NCBI GenBank assembly: GCA_002189035.1
Contig: CM007990.1
Coordinates: 744,001-808,000 of the forward strand
DNA: 64,000 nucleotides
Reading direction: 5' to 3'
From: Utricularia gibba
Taxonomy: Eukaryota > Plantae > Magnoliophyta
Positions within the stretch are counted from its first letter, which is position 1. Each line of letters begins with the position of its first letter. The notes beneath the pieces were generated by a model. It was not told the origin of the DNA. It worked only from the letters and a program-made list of their open reading frames with translations, and made no database searches. A program made the translations under genes and the position numbers. This document shows, piece by piece, positions 38,185 to 52,138 of this stretch.

Positions 38185-38286
38185 GGGGCGAATTGAAGGG
38201 ATTATAATGATTCATTGCTCTTCAATCAAAACCCTCAGTTAGTCTCTCAAGCTTACACTGCTTGGGGCGAGGATTGAAGGGATTAT
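38185..38286. repeat. Imperfect 21/23-bp direct repeat GGGGCGA(GG)ATTGAAGGGATTAT downstream of AHL
   Basis: Copies at 38185-38205 and 38264-38286. Confidence 0.7.
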
Positions 38287-38442
38287 TTTATGGTGATTCG
38301 GGTTGCACGAGATTCAAGGCAGCAGCAGGAAATAAATTGTGTTGTTTCAGTGGTCTGAACAAGAAAGGAACCTGGAATGGATGAAAGAAGATAGTGTACA
38401 TTAGAAAGCAAACGACCCTAAACATAGACTGGAGCTCAAACC

Positions 38443-39273
38443 TCAGAAGGGAGGCCGGTTTCCGAGTCCCCAGTAGGGTTCCGGCCCAGCAGGAGAGGAG
38501 GAAGTCGGCAACTCAGCCCCCATCACGAAGATGGGATCAACCATGAGCTGTTGCCCTCCTTGTTGTCCCATCATGAGGGCGGCGTTTTGATCGTCCTCCA
38601 ATGGCAGCCTCTCATACGACACGTGCCCGAAGGAAGCAGCGATTATCAGAACCGGCCCAGAAGCCACCAGCGGTCCGACGACGACGCCCCCCATCACTTG
38701 GCCTTGTCCGCCGGACAAGTAAACGGATAAACTCGACGCTGAAGCCGGAGCCGGCGGAGGTAGAAAGGAACCTGAAAGCGACAGAATCTCGAATTTTCCG
38801 TTCAAAGTCATGAGGGAGCCAGGTGAACTCGGCTGCCGGATCGTGATGTTAGCCACGGTTCCGTTACCGGTGAGAACACAGACGCCGCGTTGACGTCTGG
38901 TGGCGAAGTCGGAGATGCTTTCTTGGATGTCGTAGCCGTCGGCGACCTCCATTACGTGGGGTCTGAGCGCGTTGCCGCTGTCGCTACTGATTACTATAGG
39001 GGGTTTCGGCTTGTTCTTGGAGCCCGCGGGGCGCCCGCGTGGGCGGCGGGTGGCATCAGACGCCCCAAGAGAAGACGCTTGCTCTTGCAGCTCCCCTTCA
39101 CCGGCGCCGCCACCGTAATCCTCGTAGTCCCGATCGCGCTTCGCAGAGCGGTAGGGGTTCCTGTTTTGCTCATCCACAGGATGGATCTGAAAGATCCGCT
39201 GGTGAAGCTGAAAGTCACGTGACAGGAACGGCGGCGGGACGGAACGTCCCTGAGCAGCCGCAAGCTGATCCAT
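38443..39273 (-). CDS. AHL: AT-hook motif nuclear-localized protein (clade A, intronless; AHL18/22/24/26-like)
   Basis: Single ORF of 276 aa with the AT-hook [17 protein letters not shown] and a PPC/DUF296 domain ([11 protein letters not shown]...[18 protein letters not shown]...GQGQVMGG). Confidence 0.95.
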   Translation of the reverse strand: MDQLAAAQGRSVPPPFLSRDFQLHQRIFQIHPVDEQNRNPYRSAKRDRDYEDYGGGAGEGELQEQASSLGASDATRRPRGRPAGSKNKPKPPIVISSDSGNALRPHVMEVADGYDIQESISDFATRRQRGVCVLTGNGTVANITIRQPSSPGSLMTLNGKFEILSLSGSFLPPPAPASASSLSVYLSGGQGQVMGGVVVGPLVASGPVLIIAASFGHVSYERLPLEDDQNAALMMGQQGGQQLMVDPIFVMGAELPTSSSPAGPEPYWGLGNRPPF

Positions 39274-41289
39274 TTACAAAACAAAACCCTATATCAAGCC
39301 CCAACTGAATCTCCCTCAAGCAGATGAACCAATCAACAGTTCCTTGACACTGAACCACCAAACTACATCGTTTCAACTTGCGAACATTCCCAGCAGATTC
39401 CTCCCAAAAGCAAGCAACACAACAGACACTTGGGGAAGAAATTGGAGAGCGTGTCTGAGTCTGGTTTGGGTTCTAGAAGACGAAGTTCTGTGAACTGAGG
39501 CACGAAGCAAAGAAGTAGTACGTGGGGTAGCTAGGTTTTGCTTCCACACTGGCTCTTGGCCCCCCACACGCACCGAGCCCCCCTTAACGCCTGCCCCAAC
39601 CATATCTTTCCCCCATATCTGTCAACTAACACCTATTTTAAGCTTAACCCCACGTTATCCTTCCAAAATTCAAAAGAAAACTAGACACAGAACATTACTG
39701 CAAGCTACTGAGCTTCCAAGCTCTGCAACATGAGCAAATCACTCTTAGGTCAGTTCTCTGTTTAACCAAAACAAACCTTGTACGCAAGGGTGTGACTGTC
39801 CTGAGCGAAATATAGCACCTTTGATCGCATATCAGACTAGTCATTAGATCATCCAACAACTGGTAATCTGAAACGACGCAATGTTTATCTTTCCCATTCC
39901 ACAAGTCCCTTGAAGAGGCTGATTCCAGGCCTATTTCAACATACTCAACTGCAGTACAGCGGCGGGGGGGTACTCTTTTATTATTGCCATGGATTGAAAG
40001 GGAGCTGAATCAAGGTGTGAGGGAGAGAGAAAGGGACCGAAGGGGAGGCTTTGCCGGCAAGAGGGCGCAGGGCTGGTGCTGCTGAGAGACCCCCGGGAGA
40101 CGCCCAGAAATTTACGTGGTGTTTGCAAAGAGGCCCTGTCGTTTTGTGGTTGAATGCCGCTGCAGCTGCCCATCGGAAAACGCCCCCTCCGGCTCCACAT
40201 GTGTTTTTAGTCAAACTAACCCGCTATTTTACTCATAACCTAAACCCCCATGTTTTCAGCATCATGTATTTATCTATCAAATAAGACGACCAATTTTTAC
40301 ATATATGATAGTCAATTTGAAGCATACGATATTTAAAAAATTATGCACCTTTTTAAAAATTTATCATATAGTTGTACGTATTTAAATAATTAAAAATATA
40401 TTAATTACTTATTTTCTTTAATGGGTGCTTGGAGGTAAAAAGGGCGAAGTAGGGGGGTCAAAATGCAAAAGCAACATTCAGACCTCTCCGGTGCACGTGC
40501 GCGCATTAGGGCTGTAATTGCTCATTTGGCAGCTCTAACTCCGAGGACGACAGGGCACTGTAATTTTTTTAAATAAAAATATTAATATACAGCGGAGGGA
40601 AGAAGCCGCAGTTAAAAAAAAAGGGGGGAAACCTGTCACCGGAAATCAATTTGACGTTGAAACGGGAGATGATGAGGCGATGATTTCCGGTCACATCACG
40701 CCCTCTGGCGGCGAACTGCAATCCAATCCCAATGGACCACCAGCGCACCCTCGGTTGTCGACCTGCACCCACACCACACGGAAAAGCAGCAGTAACAAGT
40801 ACGTTTCCGTGTGATCGACGGCGATTACGAGGGTTTGGAATCATTCCAGGTCCTCTCTCATCTCAAATACGTCGGATCGGAGACAAGACAGGGAAGGCGA
40901 ACGAATGAATGGCGATCCATCCCACGCCATTATTGGAGCAGGATCGCGGTCGCGATCGCGACGGGGCGGTGGATGATGAAGTAAAGAGATCGAGCCCAGG
41001 GGATCGCTGCTGCTTTCAATGCAATTTACTGGCGGGGCTCCGACATCGCCAACACTGTTGGACACCGACAACTCCCTTCTCCTGCCGGGTGCTCGCCGAT
41101 CACTTCTACGTCTTCCTCCCATCGTCGGCCCTTTTTTTGTATGCAATTTCGTCAGGGTTGTTGGAGCTGCTTATCTGTCTCAAATGAAGACAAAGAGTGT
41201 GTGCATCCATGCAAAAAAAGGGGGCAAGAAACCTATTCAAGGTAATAATAGACTTGATGGAAACAAACATGGGAGGGGATAAATGATGA

Positions 41290-44200
41290 TCAGCAGCAGG
41301 AGCGTAGCAAAACCGGGCCGACGGAGGAGCGGAGCATGTCGCTGAGGGCTTGCTGCACCTCGGTGGATCCGTGCTCGCAGCTAATGAGGCTTGAGAACAA
41401 GGGAAACAGGCGGGGAAGGTTCTTCTCGAATGAGGATTCCGCTACGGAGCATATGGCCTGAAGGGTGGCGACGATGAGGGGAGCTCGCGTGGCCAGTTCA
41501 CGCCGTCGTCCTGAACCTAGAGGGATCCTCCAGTGGAGCTGGTGGTCGCCGGGGGGGCCGCCGGATGCGGCCTCGATGTAGTTTTGTAGCACCTCTTGGC
41601 AGAGGGTAACCAGGGACGACTCCACTTCCAATTCATGGTAGCTGGAGGGGGGTCTATCAAGAACAATGTTCTGCAAGAATGTGAGGCAGACCTGGTAGGA
41701 TTCGTTCTCCAGGCGAAGAAGAGGAGGATCCTGCATCTGTGTCATCGACCCCAGTTCCTGCAACTTCGAGCGCACTGCGACATCGGTGTTTATTCTGTGA
41801 ACATGAACTGCCACGTCGTGGACCGCATCGAACATGATGACAATGTTTTTAACTGATAGCTGATGTCTGTACATGGTGTAGATCTCCATCACAGCCTGCC
41901 ATATCACATGAGAAAAGATGGTATGAGAAGAGACTCGGAAACATCCTGATGTGCAGGACTGTGAAGAGTTTCAAACGAAAATGGATGTCGAAAAGGCGAA
42001 AACAGAGAATACAAAGTGAGAGTGAACCACACCTGTATTAGCAGCAGTTGAACAGCCGCTCGGCACTTGACATCTGATACAGCATCATATATTCGCTGTC
42101 TCATGTCGCTCTCTGAAACGCCGTTTTGGGTGATGGTCTGATTGGAGTTGTCATGGTACTCTTCAGCAGAATCTTCCCGTGACCAGTTTCTACCATCCGC
42201 ATCAAGGAGGAAGGAGAAATCAGGAAGGGTTTCAGAAGCCGCTTCTTTGAGGGAAGATACTACATCGAACCATTTGTCTTCAGTGAACATCTCTCCTGCG
42301 CTGCTCATCAACCGAACAAAAGCAGCGATCCCAATACCAGCAAGACTTTGGTGAGGTCGCTTGATGAAACTGACTAACAACATCAACACTTTCTTCAGAA
42401 GAGGGTTGACGGTATTATAGAAGTTGACGAAAAGATCTACGACCAGCTGCAAGGCCAATGTGCAGGTTTCATATAGCCATGCATCTTGATCGAGATCCTC
42501 AGTGTCACTACTGGGCATGCGCCTCGGGAGTCACTTGATGGATCGATGGCTCGCCGAGCATCATCAAAGATTCTAAAGAGGACAGACTCGAACACCTTTT
42601 CCCACAGAGCCAAGGAGAAGTGTTGGCCATAGTTTCGTAGTGTATCAAAGAGAACTTGTAGAGCTATCTTTCTTATTTCAGAACGTGGGTCAAAACTCAA
42701 CTCAGATAATCCTGTTACATTACACAAGAGAGCAAAATCATTCAAATGAGCCACAGCTATATGTAAAACATTTTTTTGCTCGATAATTACCTGCCAAGAG
42801 AGGAAACCATAAATAGAGATGATCCAGCTTTTCCACCGATTCACCATTTTCAATCCCTTTGTCTTTGAACTTGTGAGGAGACTTTGGAGACACCCTAAGA
42901 GATACGTCCTTGCCTATATCCCCTCAGCAAGTTTCAAGGCACACAGCCGAAGGAAGCCAATAGCATTAAGACTAATTTCTTTGTTGAATCTTGTGTTGGT
43001 GAATGCAATCAGACAATTCACACAATCGGTGAAAGCAGTGGTCTCCGTTTCAGTGATATATGGGAAGTAATCACGCACTATCTTCTCCATTAATTCAAAG
43101 GCTAAAAGGACGATGCTCTTATGGTCATCATAAGCAGCTGTTGTGAACACCTGTACGGAAAAGATGATTAGAATGCATGTAATTTCGTTCTAAGATAAAA
43201 GATAAGGGCAAAAAACAAAGGCGTCACAAAATTTTAAGGCATTTGGACAAAATAAGCACGAAGTATATGAAAAGTATTTGAATACCATGAACATGCTCTT
43301 CCATCCAGACTTGACATTATTCACACGGGATAGCACCATCTGAGAAACACATCTGATTATCAATTCCCTGATTTCAACAGCACTGCTCTTACGCATCACA
43401 ATTACAAAAGGCTTCATAAAATCGTTCTGGAAGTTGTAATTAGCTAACTCTTCCCTCTCCAAGAACTTCATAGATAACTGGCGTAAAGAATCCATTGCAA
43501 ATATTGCGATAGACAGGCTTCCTGAACAACCAATAGTCACAAAAAATTCAGATAGCTCTCGCCAGATTTTTGACCAGACAAGCCTAATGCGGTCCATATT
43601 GTAGTGCCTGTTTCATAAACAAATAAACTACACAAAATTACTAGTATACCTTAAGAAAGAGTACTTATAGCGGAAAGGCTTTCCAAAAAAGATGAAGAAA
43701 ACATCATGATGCAAGTAACATACGCAATCTCAACTATCTTTGTAAGGCTGAAAATGCGTGGATCAGAAGCAGATTTCAGTTCTTCCATAGACACCTTGCA
43801 AAGAGCCCTAACAAAATCAACTATAGCCTCACTATTTAGCTTTTGGCTCCGAATGAATATGCGGTCTACATCACCAACTTGTTCCAGAATGTGTAAGTTA
43901 GAAACTAAGTTATTTATCTGCTCAGGCTTAAGTGCAGCGGCAGCATTACCACCAATACCAGCGCTATCATATGAACCCCTCCTTACACCTGGTGCATTCT
44001 GAATTTTCCCAGGCCCTTTCTTTCGTAGAACAGGAAGAATATTTTGCCTGGGTTGTTTAGACTTGTCTATGTCATTTTGCGGAACTGCAAAGAACGCAGC
44101 ATCTGGAGGAGCACCTTCACCCAATAGATGCAGGTGTTCAAAGCGGGAAACACATGTTAAAATATGCTCCCATCCATCCTGCAAATAATTTCCGTCCTCA

Positions 44201-47200
44201 TCTGCGATAGTAAATATAACCTGCAGACACAAGTCACTTCTAATTAATCTACTTGGATATGCATCAGGCACACATCTAAAAATTAATCTTTACGATTAAT
44301 CAGAACAAACACATCGGAGTTGGCCACAGGAAAGTAAATCATAATAACAGAAGTCTAAAATTGGCATAAAAAGCACATAAACATTGCATGATACCTTGAT
44401 AGCATCAATATTTTTCTGTTTGATGTCAGCAGGTGAATGGAGTGATGTAAACTTCGCCAATGATGTCACAAAAGCGTCCCTGTGGGTTTTCATGGACATC
44501 GCCGCAGTAACACGGATCGCCCAACGGAAACCTTCCAAACACAAGTCTATCACAACAGCATCATCACTTTGGTCAAGAGGAACACTGAAAGCAGCAAGCA
44601 TTGGCGCCCAGCACACCTCAATCATGAATCGAAGGATTACTGTGTCCATTGCAGGGTAGAAAATTGACCTGAATATCCACATTGGCGTGGAAGACCACAA
44701 ACAATACATAAGATTCACCATTATCCTGACGAAAATTAGTATTATGTGGTACAATACATTTTCATGGCTGCATAGATATTCAATTTTGCTGCTGAATACT
44801 CGTATCATGCGCAAAAAGTGAATGATAAGATAAGTAAGACGACATTTTTGGATCACCAGGTAAATGAAGAGATGCAAACTGTACAGTTAGTCTTACTCTG
44901 ACTTGCGAGCTTTTTCTTTGAATTGCTCCTGCATGTGTCTCATGAGATTATCATTGGCCTCAATGCTGTCTTCCCCCCTCTTCCTTATAACAATGTTCAG
45001 TATGCTGTCTAAACCTAAAAGCCTTGACGAATTTACAGACTGCTTCTGTTGAATGGAGAGATTATCTTCCTTCATTTTAATTTCATTTTTTGATATTCGT
45101 TCATAAAGTGATCTTAAGTACTCATCTGGAAGATCTTTTCCATCATCAATTCCACGATTGTTCCTAATAAAATCATCAGCTTGCATCTGAACCGAAAAAC
45201 CATGAAAGAAAAAAAGCTTCCCAGTCAAGAATGATCCCACTGATAGTGTAAGGTAAACTGACCTCAGATGTAAATTCTACATAACCATGCTAAATTTATA
45301 AACATACCTTGTTCTTGACCATAGGATTGTGGGCATCGGTGTTCAGCATGATAACTGAATATGCAAGAACATAAGCGGTGTCCGCACTTGTAAAAGCCTT
45401 TGGGTTACATTTGCAGTATCTCTCGGCAAACTTTTCCATAATTCGGTCAATTTTCTGTGCCTCACCCGGCAATCTAAAGCCTTGTAGGAAAAGCCTGATT
45501 GCCTCATCCAACTCCTTGCCTTGAAAATCAAAAGAATCCACATATGCATGCATTACCTTTAGTGAGACATCATCCCTTTCACCCAGATAGTCTCCAATGA
45601 GAGTCCTACTTAGGCCAGTTGCATTTTTAAGAAAATCTGCAATTTGATCTGGAGAGTCTCCCACCTTGTTCGCGTTTATTAGAAACTCAATGCCTTTCTT
45701 TGGTTTTCGGTTAAAAAGGGAAATGCCTTCCTGCAAAATCACTTGTAATAGATTCAGATATTCATCAACCATTCCAATTCTGAAGAGATCAGATCTACTA
45801 TGCATGTAAGTAAGCAATTCCAACAAGAATGCACCTGAAGCTCAAGCTTGTAGGCACGGCGCTGTTCAAGTGTTGACACATCAGAAACTTCACTAGAGGA
45901 TTCAGAATGAGTATCTGATCCTTCTGTGGTTTCATCTGCATTCCCATTCACAAGATAAGGACTTCCAGGTTCAAAACTGTGTTCAGAAGCATCTGATTTC
46001 TTAACAAAATGAGAATCTGGAATTGGTGACTGCTTATTTATCCAGTCACTCATGGACCTCAAAATAGTGATCAAGCATCTTGTAGCTTCTAGCTTCATCG
46101 TAGCATCCTGTGGAGGTAGAAGTGTAGTAGTAGCACCCGGCGGAACCCCTTGTGCAGTTTTCAGCAGTCCATTCACCATCCTGGGAAATCGAAAAGTACA
46201 AAAATAGCTGAATATGCCACAGAAGCATGCTAAATTCATCCACATATGCATCATCCACGCACCAGTGAACTAAATGGGGAGTTCACCAATAGGAAAAATC
46301 ATACCTCTCAAACATATTGGACGCATTCACATCACAGTCATAGTTGAGGAATATATCAACTAAGATTTGTGAATCAGTGAAAAGCTTTTCCAAAAATCGA
46401 AGCACTGTCATCTTTTGTTGAAAATTTGGCTGTGCCACATTTTCAAGAACTCGGAGGATAATCATAGGAAAAAAGACACCAATTTCTGCCTTCAATCCAG
46501 CCCTAAATCTTGAGACCAAACTCATGAATATAGAGCAGGAAAGCTGAAAAACAATCATAAGTGTCGAACCACTGTTCTTCAGCAATGATAGGCATAGATA
46601 CTGCTTTATGGCATCCAAAAATCTGCAGACAATAGAATGAAAGCCAAAATTAATTGGATACAATGAAAACAAATATGCAGAAGAAACTAAACAAATCATA
46701 AAGACTAAAAAACGACTGAAAAATGAAAAAATGCAACGTATTATCAATACAATCAGGAGCACAGCTTAAAACTAGTAGAAAGAAAACACTGGTACAACCA
46801 ATAAACAAAGAAACTTTGGGGAACTCAACTACACAGCGGCAACACTAGGGTACAGCAGGACATGGAATCAGGCTGAAAACATTATAACCTTATTATCAAT
46901 GACTAATCTGCAAGTCATATTAACCTTTGGACAAGACAACACGCTATCTAACCACAGGTCTGGGACACCGTGTTCACTTGGACTGCATGATTTGCAAGAA
47001 CCCAAATCAATTCTATAAAGGAATAACGAAAATCCCATTATCAATGTAGCACTTAGCTTGACAAGACATACAACGGAAGAAAATGAAGTAAAGCATTGAC
47101 AAGCAATAGATGCTAAGTACTGCAAAAACGCTTCTGAATTTTGTCACAGAAATAATGTTTCCAACATATAAGAAGCAACCACGAAGTGCAGAATATTATA

Positions 47201-48529
47201 TTGTCCATAGTAGAACTAGTTATAGAATCATCATTGATAAAGAGAATCTAGGTCTCAGATAGTGAACAGATTCAAGAAAGATTTCAAGCCAAAAAAAATT
47301 AGAATTTAGGAACCTCTTTGATTTACCTCTCACTGGTCCTAAATATTGCCCCAGCATTCTCCAGCAGAATCTTAAGTAGCTCCAAAGCCACAATTTTCCC
47401 CCTCATAGCTTGGGGATCAGCAGAGGCATCCTTAGGTGGACTTTTCATAGAAAGCTTGCATAAAGCACGAAAGACGAGAAATGCATCCCGTTTCAACAAG
47501 TTTCCAATTTGCACCTCCGAGTCATCATCCCTTCCCCCTTCAGTATCAGCCAATTCTCCTTTCCGTCCCTCTAAAGCTGTCTTATACATGCTGATCTCCC
47601 AATACTTGGCATCCAACATATCCTTGTCTGTTGAGTCCAACAAATCAGCTGGATTTGTGCCCTCAACTGTAGAGGTCTTGGTCTCGAAAGCTCCATCATG
47701 TGCCCTAACACCTGCTGCAGCAACGCCACCAGGGGTTCCAGGGCTAAAAACTCCATCGATATCCTGCATTATCTTAGTAATAAACCCCTGAACAAAAACT
47801 GTCATGGATGCATCCGTTTCCGTCTTCTCCACTGGCTCCATCAGCTCCGCCACAACTATAGGCTGCACAGGCACAGTCGAACTATCAGCTTCCATTCTCC
47901 GGAAAACAATTACCAGCATCTGAACCAACGATGCTTTGGCAGTAGTCTGATTCACTACATTTTTACTATTCAAGTAAATATCGTAGCACGTTCTCACAAC
48001 ATTCAGAAGGCAATCGCCGTGTATTCTTAGAGAGATAGAGGTAACTGCCGAAAGAAGGGCCTTGATCACCACTAACTCCACGGTATCATCCCCAAATCCT
48101 GACATTTGCACGCAGACTCAATCAATTTGGAGAGCAATTTAGCGCCTGGACCCCCACTTGGATCAGCATCGCCATGCAAATACCCATGTGCGATCAGCTT
48201 CTGCACTGCGTCAAGGGCTGGTTCAGATACTTTGACGTAATTAGAGGAGAGAGCGTTGATCAGAGGGCTCAGAATAACTTCCGAATCGAATAATGAGAGA
48301 TCGAGTAGAACCCCAGCAACGGATGACGCATCGGGCTCCGAGTTGCCAGAGGGGGAGGTAGGCGGCGATGCAGGGGTAGGGTTTTGTTCGGGTTCGTCAG
48401 GTGTTCGATGAGAGATTTGCACTCGGCAGCGAGCTTGGAATGCTTCCGCCATGAAGCATTCTTGATAATCTTCTCAAGGGCAGGGATCAGCACTTGATTC
48501 AATCGGGAATTGGCTTCCGAAGAAGCCAT
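41290..48529 (-). CDS. BIG2: Brefeldin A-inhibited ARF guanine-nucleotide exchange factor (BIG2/BIG3 type); four apparent frameshifts
   Basis: [33 protein letters not shown]; DCB/HUS regions ([29 protein letters not shown]); Sec7 domain [12 protein letters not shown]...[21 protein letters not shown]...[17 protein letters not shown]; HDS domains; ends [10 protein letters not shown]. Confidence 0.94.
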
Positions 48530-49296
48530 CCCTGGAAACCTGAGATAATCGGAGAGTTGAAAGAAATCCTAGATCGCAAGCCACTACTCCGGAGCTAGTC
48601 TTCTACGGCGCGGCGACTCGCGGATGAAACTTCGCCGTCGTTTACCGTCGGCAGATCTAGAGCAGAAAATGGAGAGAGGAAGCCCAGTTTGACGCCCGAC
48701 CGTCGAAATGTCGAAATCCAAATGACTTTAATACCCTCCACGCAGACCAACCGATGAGCGGCATTCATCTCTAATTTTCCTAATAACTTCTTTACGGTCA
48801 ATTTACAAAAAAGCCCCTACAATGAACTACAAAATATCGGCGTTCTTACACTTACGAAAGCCGTACAATCCATGAGGATTTTTTACATTATACTTGGTAA
48901 ATTATGTCAGATATTTTTAAGGAAAATATTTAAAATTAAGAAAATTTATTTAAATATTTTTAAAAAATAAACAGGGAAAATCCAATATGTGAGATACTAC
49001 TTACTCCATATTCATTTGGTGGGCTTATTTTGAAGACAGTATTTCCACTAGTTTGGGACACTGAGTGGAAATACCTCTGCTGTGTGGTGAGATAATTGAG
49101 ACATGCTGACTGAAGGAAGTAAACACATGACACTTGTCATTGAAAACAGATCACCATGGGAATTTCAGTGCTCATAGTGTTTTGAAGAACTGAATGAAAA
49201 GGCGGTGTGAAGAATGTCTGCAGCCAAATGGAACAAAATCCTCAGCACTAGGAGAACAGACTCACTCTCTGGAACATCTGGAAATAGAAGCCCACT

Positions 49297-50398
<1,102 letters not shown>

Positions 50399-50477
50399 GG
50401 CTACGGCAGCGGGTCACCGGTATCCTACTTACTGCTTCGGCTACGGCGGCGACGCCCTCGTCCACTCAGTGAATCCC

Positions 50478-50654
50478 AAACCCTAGAAACCTGACTAAAA
50501 AGACGAGGAAGAAGTTTTTATACGCAAAACCTGAATGGGCCTAGACATATTCGTGAGAAGGCATAAGCCCAAAACACGTATTGCCCTATGGAGGCCCAAT
50601 AATCATTTCACGGCCTCGTTACCCAATTTAGGAATTGTTACTCAATTAGGGTTT
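50478..50654 (-). promoter_or_regulatory. Telo-box plus site II promoter module of RPS13
   Basis: AAACCCTA at 50478-50485, TAGGGTTT at 50647-50654, and site II at 50536 (TGGGCC), 50566 (AGCCCA) and 50593 (GGCCCA). This is the classic ribosomal-protein promoter combination. Confidence 0.7.
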
Positions 50655-50842
50655 TATTCCGTGCAAGCTCAAGATTCAGCGGACTTGTGTGAGCTAGAAT
50701 CGTTTCTGCATCGGGGGTTTTTCCGGAAGAGGATGTTTTTGCGTGGGATTTCTACGGATTTTTACTGGCATAAATTTAAGATCATCAATTTATGGATTCT
50801 ACAACGATGTGAATAATTGAGTTGTAGGGATTCTTCAGCGAA

Positions 50843-52138
50843 TCAGCTTTCTTGCTCAGCACCGTAGTATTTGAGGAACCATGAGACAAAGCTATTCAAC
50901 CCAGTGTGCAGATCAGTTGTGGGCTTGTATCCAAGTTCTTGTTGTGCCAAGCTTATGTTAGCATGAGTGAACTGCACATCTCCATTTCTGGGCAACTCTG
51001 TGATGACCCTCATGGCTTTCACATTGAGCAACTTCTCAAGAATGGTAACGAGATCGAGAACGGAGACCGGAGTCGTGTTTCCGAGGTTGTAAACACGGAA
51101 TTGAGCCGGTTTGGTTTTATTCCCTCCACTTCCAGTGCTCTTCTGAGCGGTATCCAGGGCAGCCAAGCAACCCTTCACTATGTCATCAATGTAGGTAAAA
51201 TCTCGTGCCACAGTTCCATGATTAGCTCCCTCGTATATCTGAATCTCTTTTCCCTTCAGGATGTCACGAGTGAAGAAGAAATACGCCATGTCTGGCCTTC
51301 CCCATGGTCCATACACAGTGAAAAAACGCAATGCAGTAAGTGAAAGGCCGTATATGTGGTTGTAAGTGTGTGCGATCTCCTCCCCAGCTTTCTTGCTGGC
51401 AGCGTACAGACTAGCGGGGTTATCAGTTCTGTCACCCTCAGAGAATGGCACCTTTTTGTTCAACCCATAGACTGAACTGCTTGAAGCCCAGACAATTGCA
51501 GGCTGGGGATTTGCCCTCTTGCATACTTCAAGAAGGCTGACGAAGCCAGCAATGTTGTTCCTTACATAGGATGCTGGGTTCTGCTTGGCATATCGAACTC
51601 CAGCCTGAGCAGCAAGATGCATTACATGAGTGAATGGGACTATCTTAAAGAGCGTTTCCACCAGAGGTACATCGTTGATATCACCCTCCACAATATAAAC
51701 TCCATGGCGCTCTAAAACTGCCTGTCTTGCTCGTTTCAGAGAGGGGTCGTAGTAGTTATTGAAACTGTCAATGCCCAATACCCCATCTCCTCGCCTCTTC
51801 AGGCTGATAGAGACATGGCTGCCGATGAACCCTGCAGCCCCTGTCACCAATACACAAATTCCATCCGGTGACCTGACTGTAGCAGAGTCTCGAATCACTT
51901 TTTCGAGATGTACTTCAATGGAGCTGGTTCCAAGGAGGAGCCTACTGATCGAGTTTGAAGAAGGATAGGTAGATGAGGAGGACAAATCGTATAAGAAAAC
52001 AAGTATCAATCCCAGTAGCAGAGAAGACCAAGAGGCAATGATCACAAGCCAGAAACTTGGCCTCGAGTGACCATGTAAATACTTATCCATCTTGAACCTC
52101 CCCGTTGTGCTATTCTCAATCTGCTTCCCCTTGGCCAT
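50843..52138 (-). CDS. GAE: UDP-D-glucuronate 4-epimerase (type II membrane protein, intronless)
   Basis: ORF 50843-52240; the likely start is MAKGKQ at 52138. TM segment, then VLVTGAAGFIG, FTHVMHLAAQAGVRYA, WASSSSVYG, the YAASK catalytic motif and FFTVYGPWGRPDMAYF. Confidence 0.95.
   Translation of the reverse strand: MAKGKQIENSTTGRFKMDKYLHGHSRPSFWLVIIASWSSLLLGLILVFLYDLSSSSTYPSSNSISRLLLGTSSIEVHLEKVIRDSATVRSPDGICVLVTGAAGFIGSHVSISLKRRGDGVLGIDSFNNYYDPSLKRARQAVLERHGVYIVEGDINDVPLVETLFKIVPFTHVMHLAAQAGVRYAKQNPASYVRNNIAGFVSLLEVCKRANPQPAIVWASSSSVYGLNKKVPFSEGDRTDNPASLYAASKKAGEEIAHTYNHIYGLSLTALRFFTVYGPWGRPDMAYFFFTRDILKGKEIQIYEGANHGTVARDFTYIDDIVKGCLAALDTAQKSTGSGGNKTKPAQFRVYNLGNTTPVSVLDLVTILEKLLNVKAMRVITELPRNGDVQFTHANISLAQQELGYKPTTDLHTGLNSFVSWFLKYYGAEQES

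Noticed and set aside
39700-40020. miR159/319 precursor on the plus strand
   Set aside because: The mature-like sequence has an insertion and mismatched ends, and no complementary star arm sits at the spacing of a miR159 hairpin.
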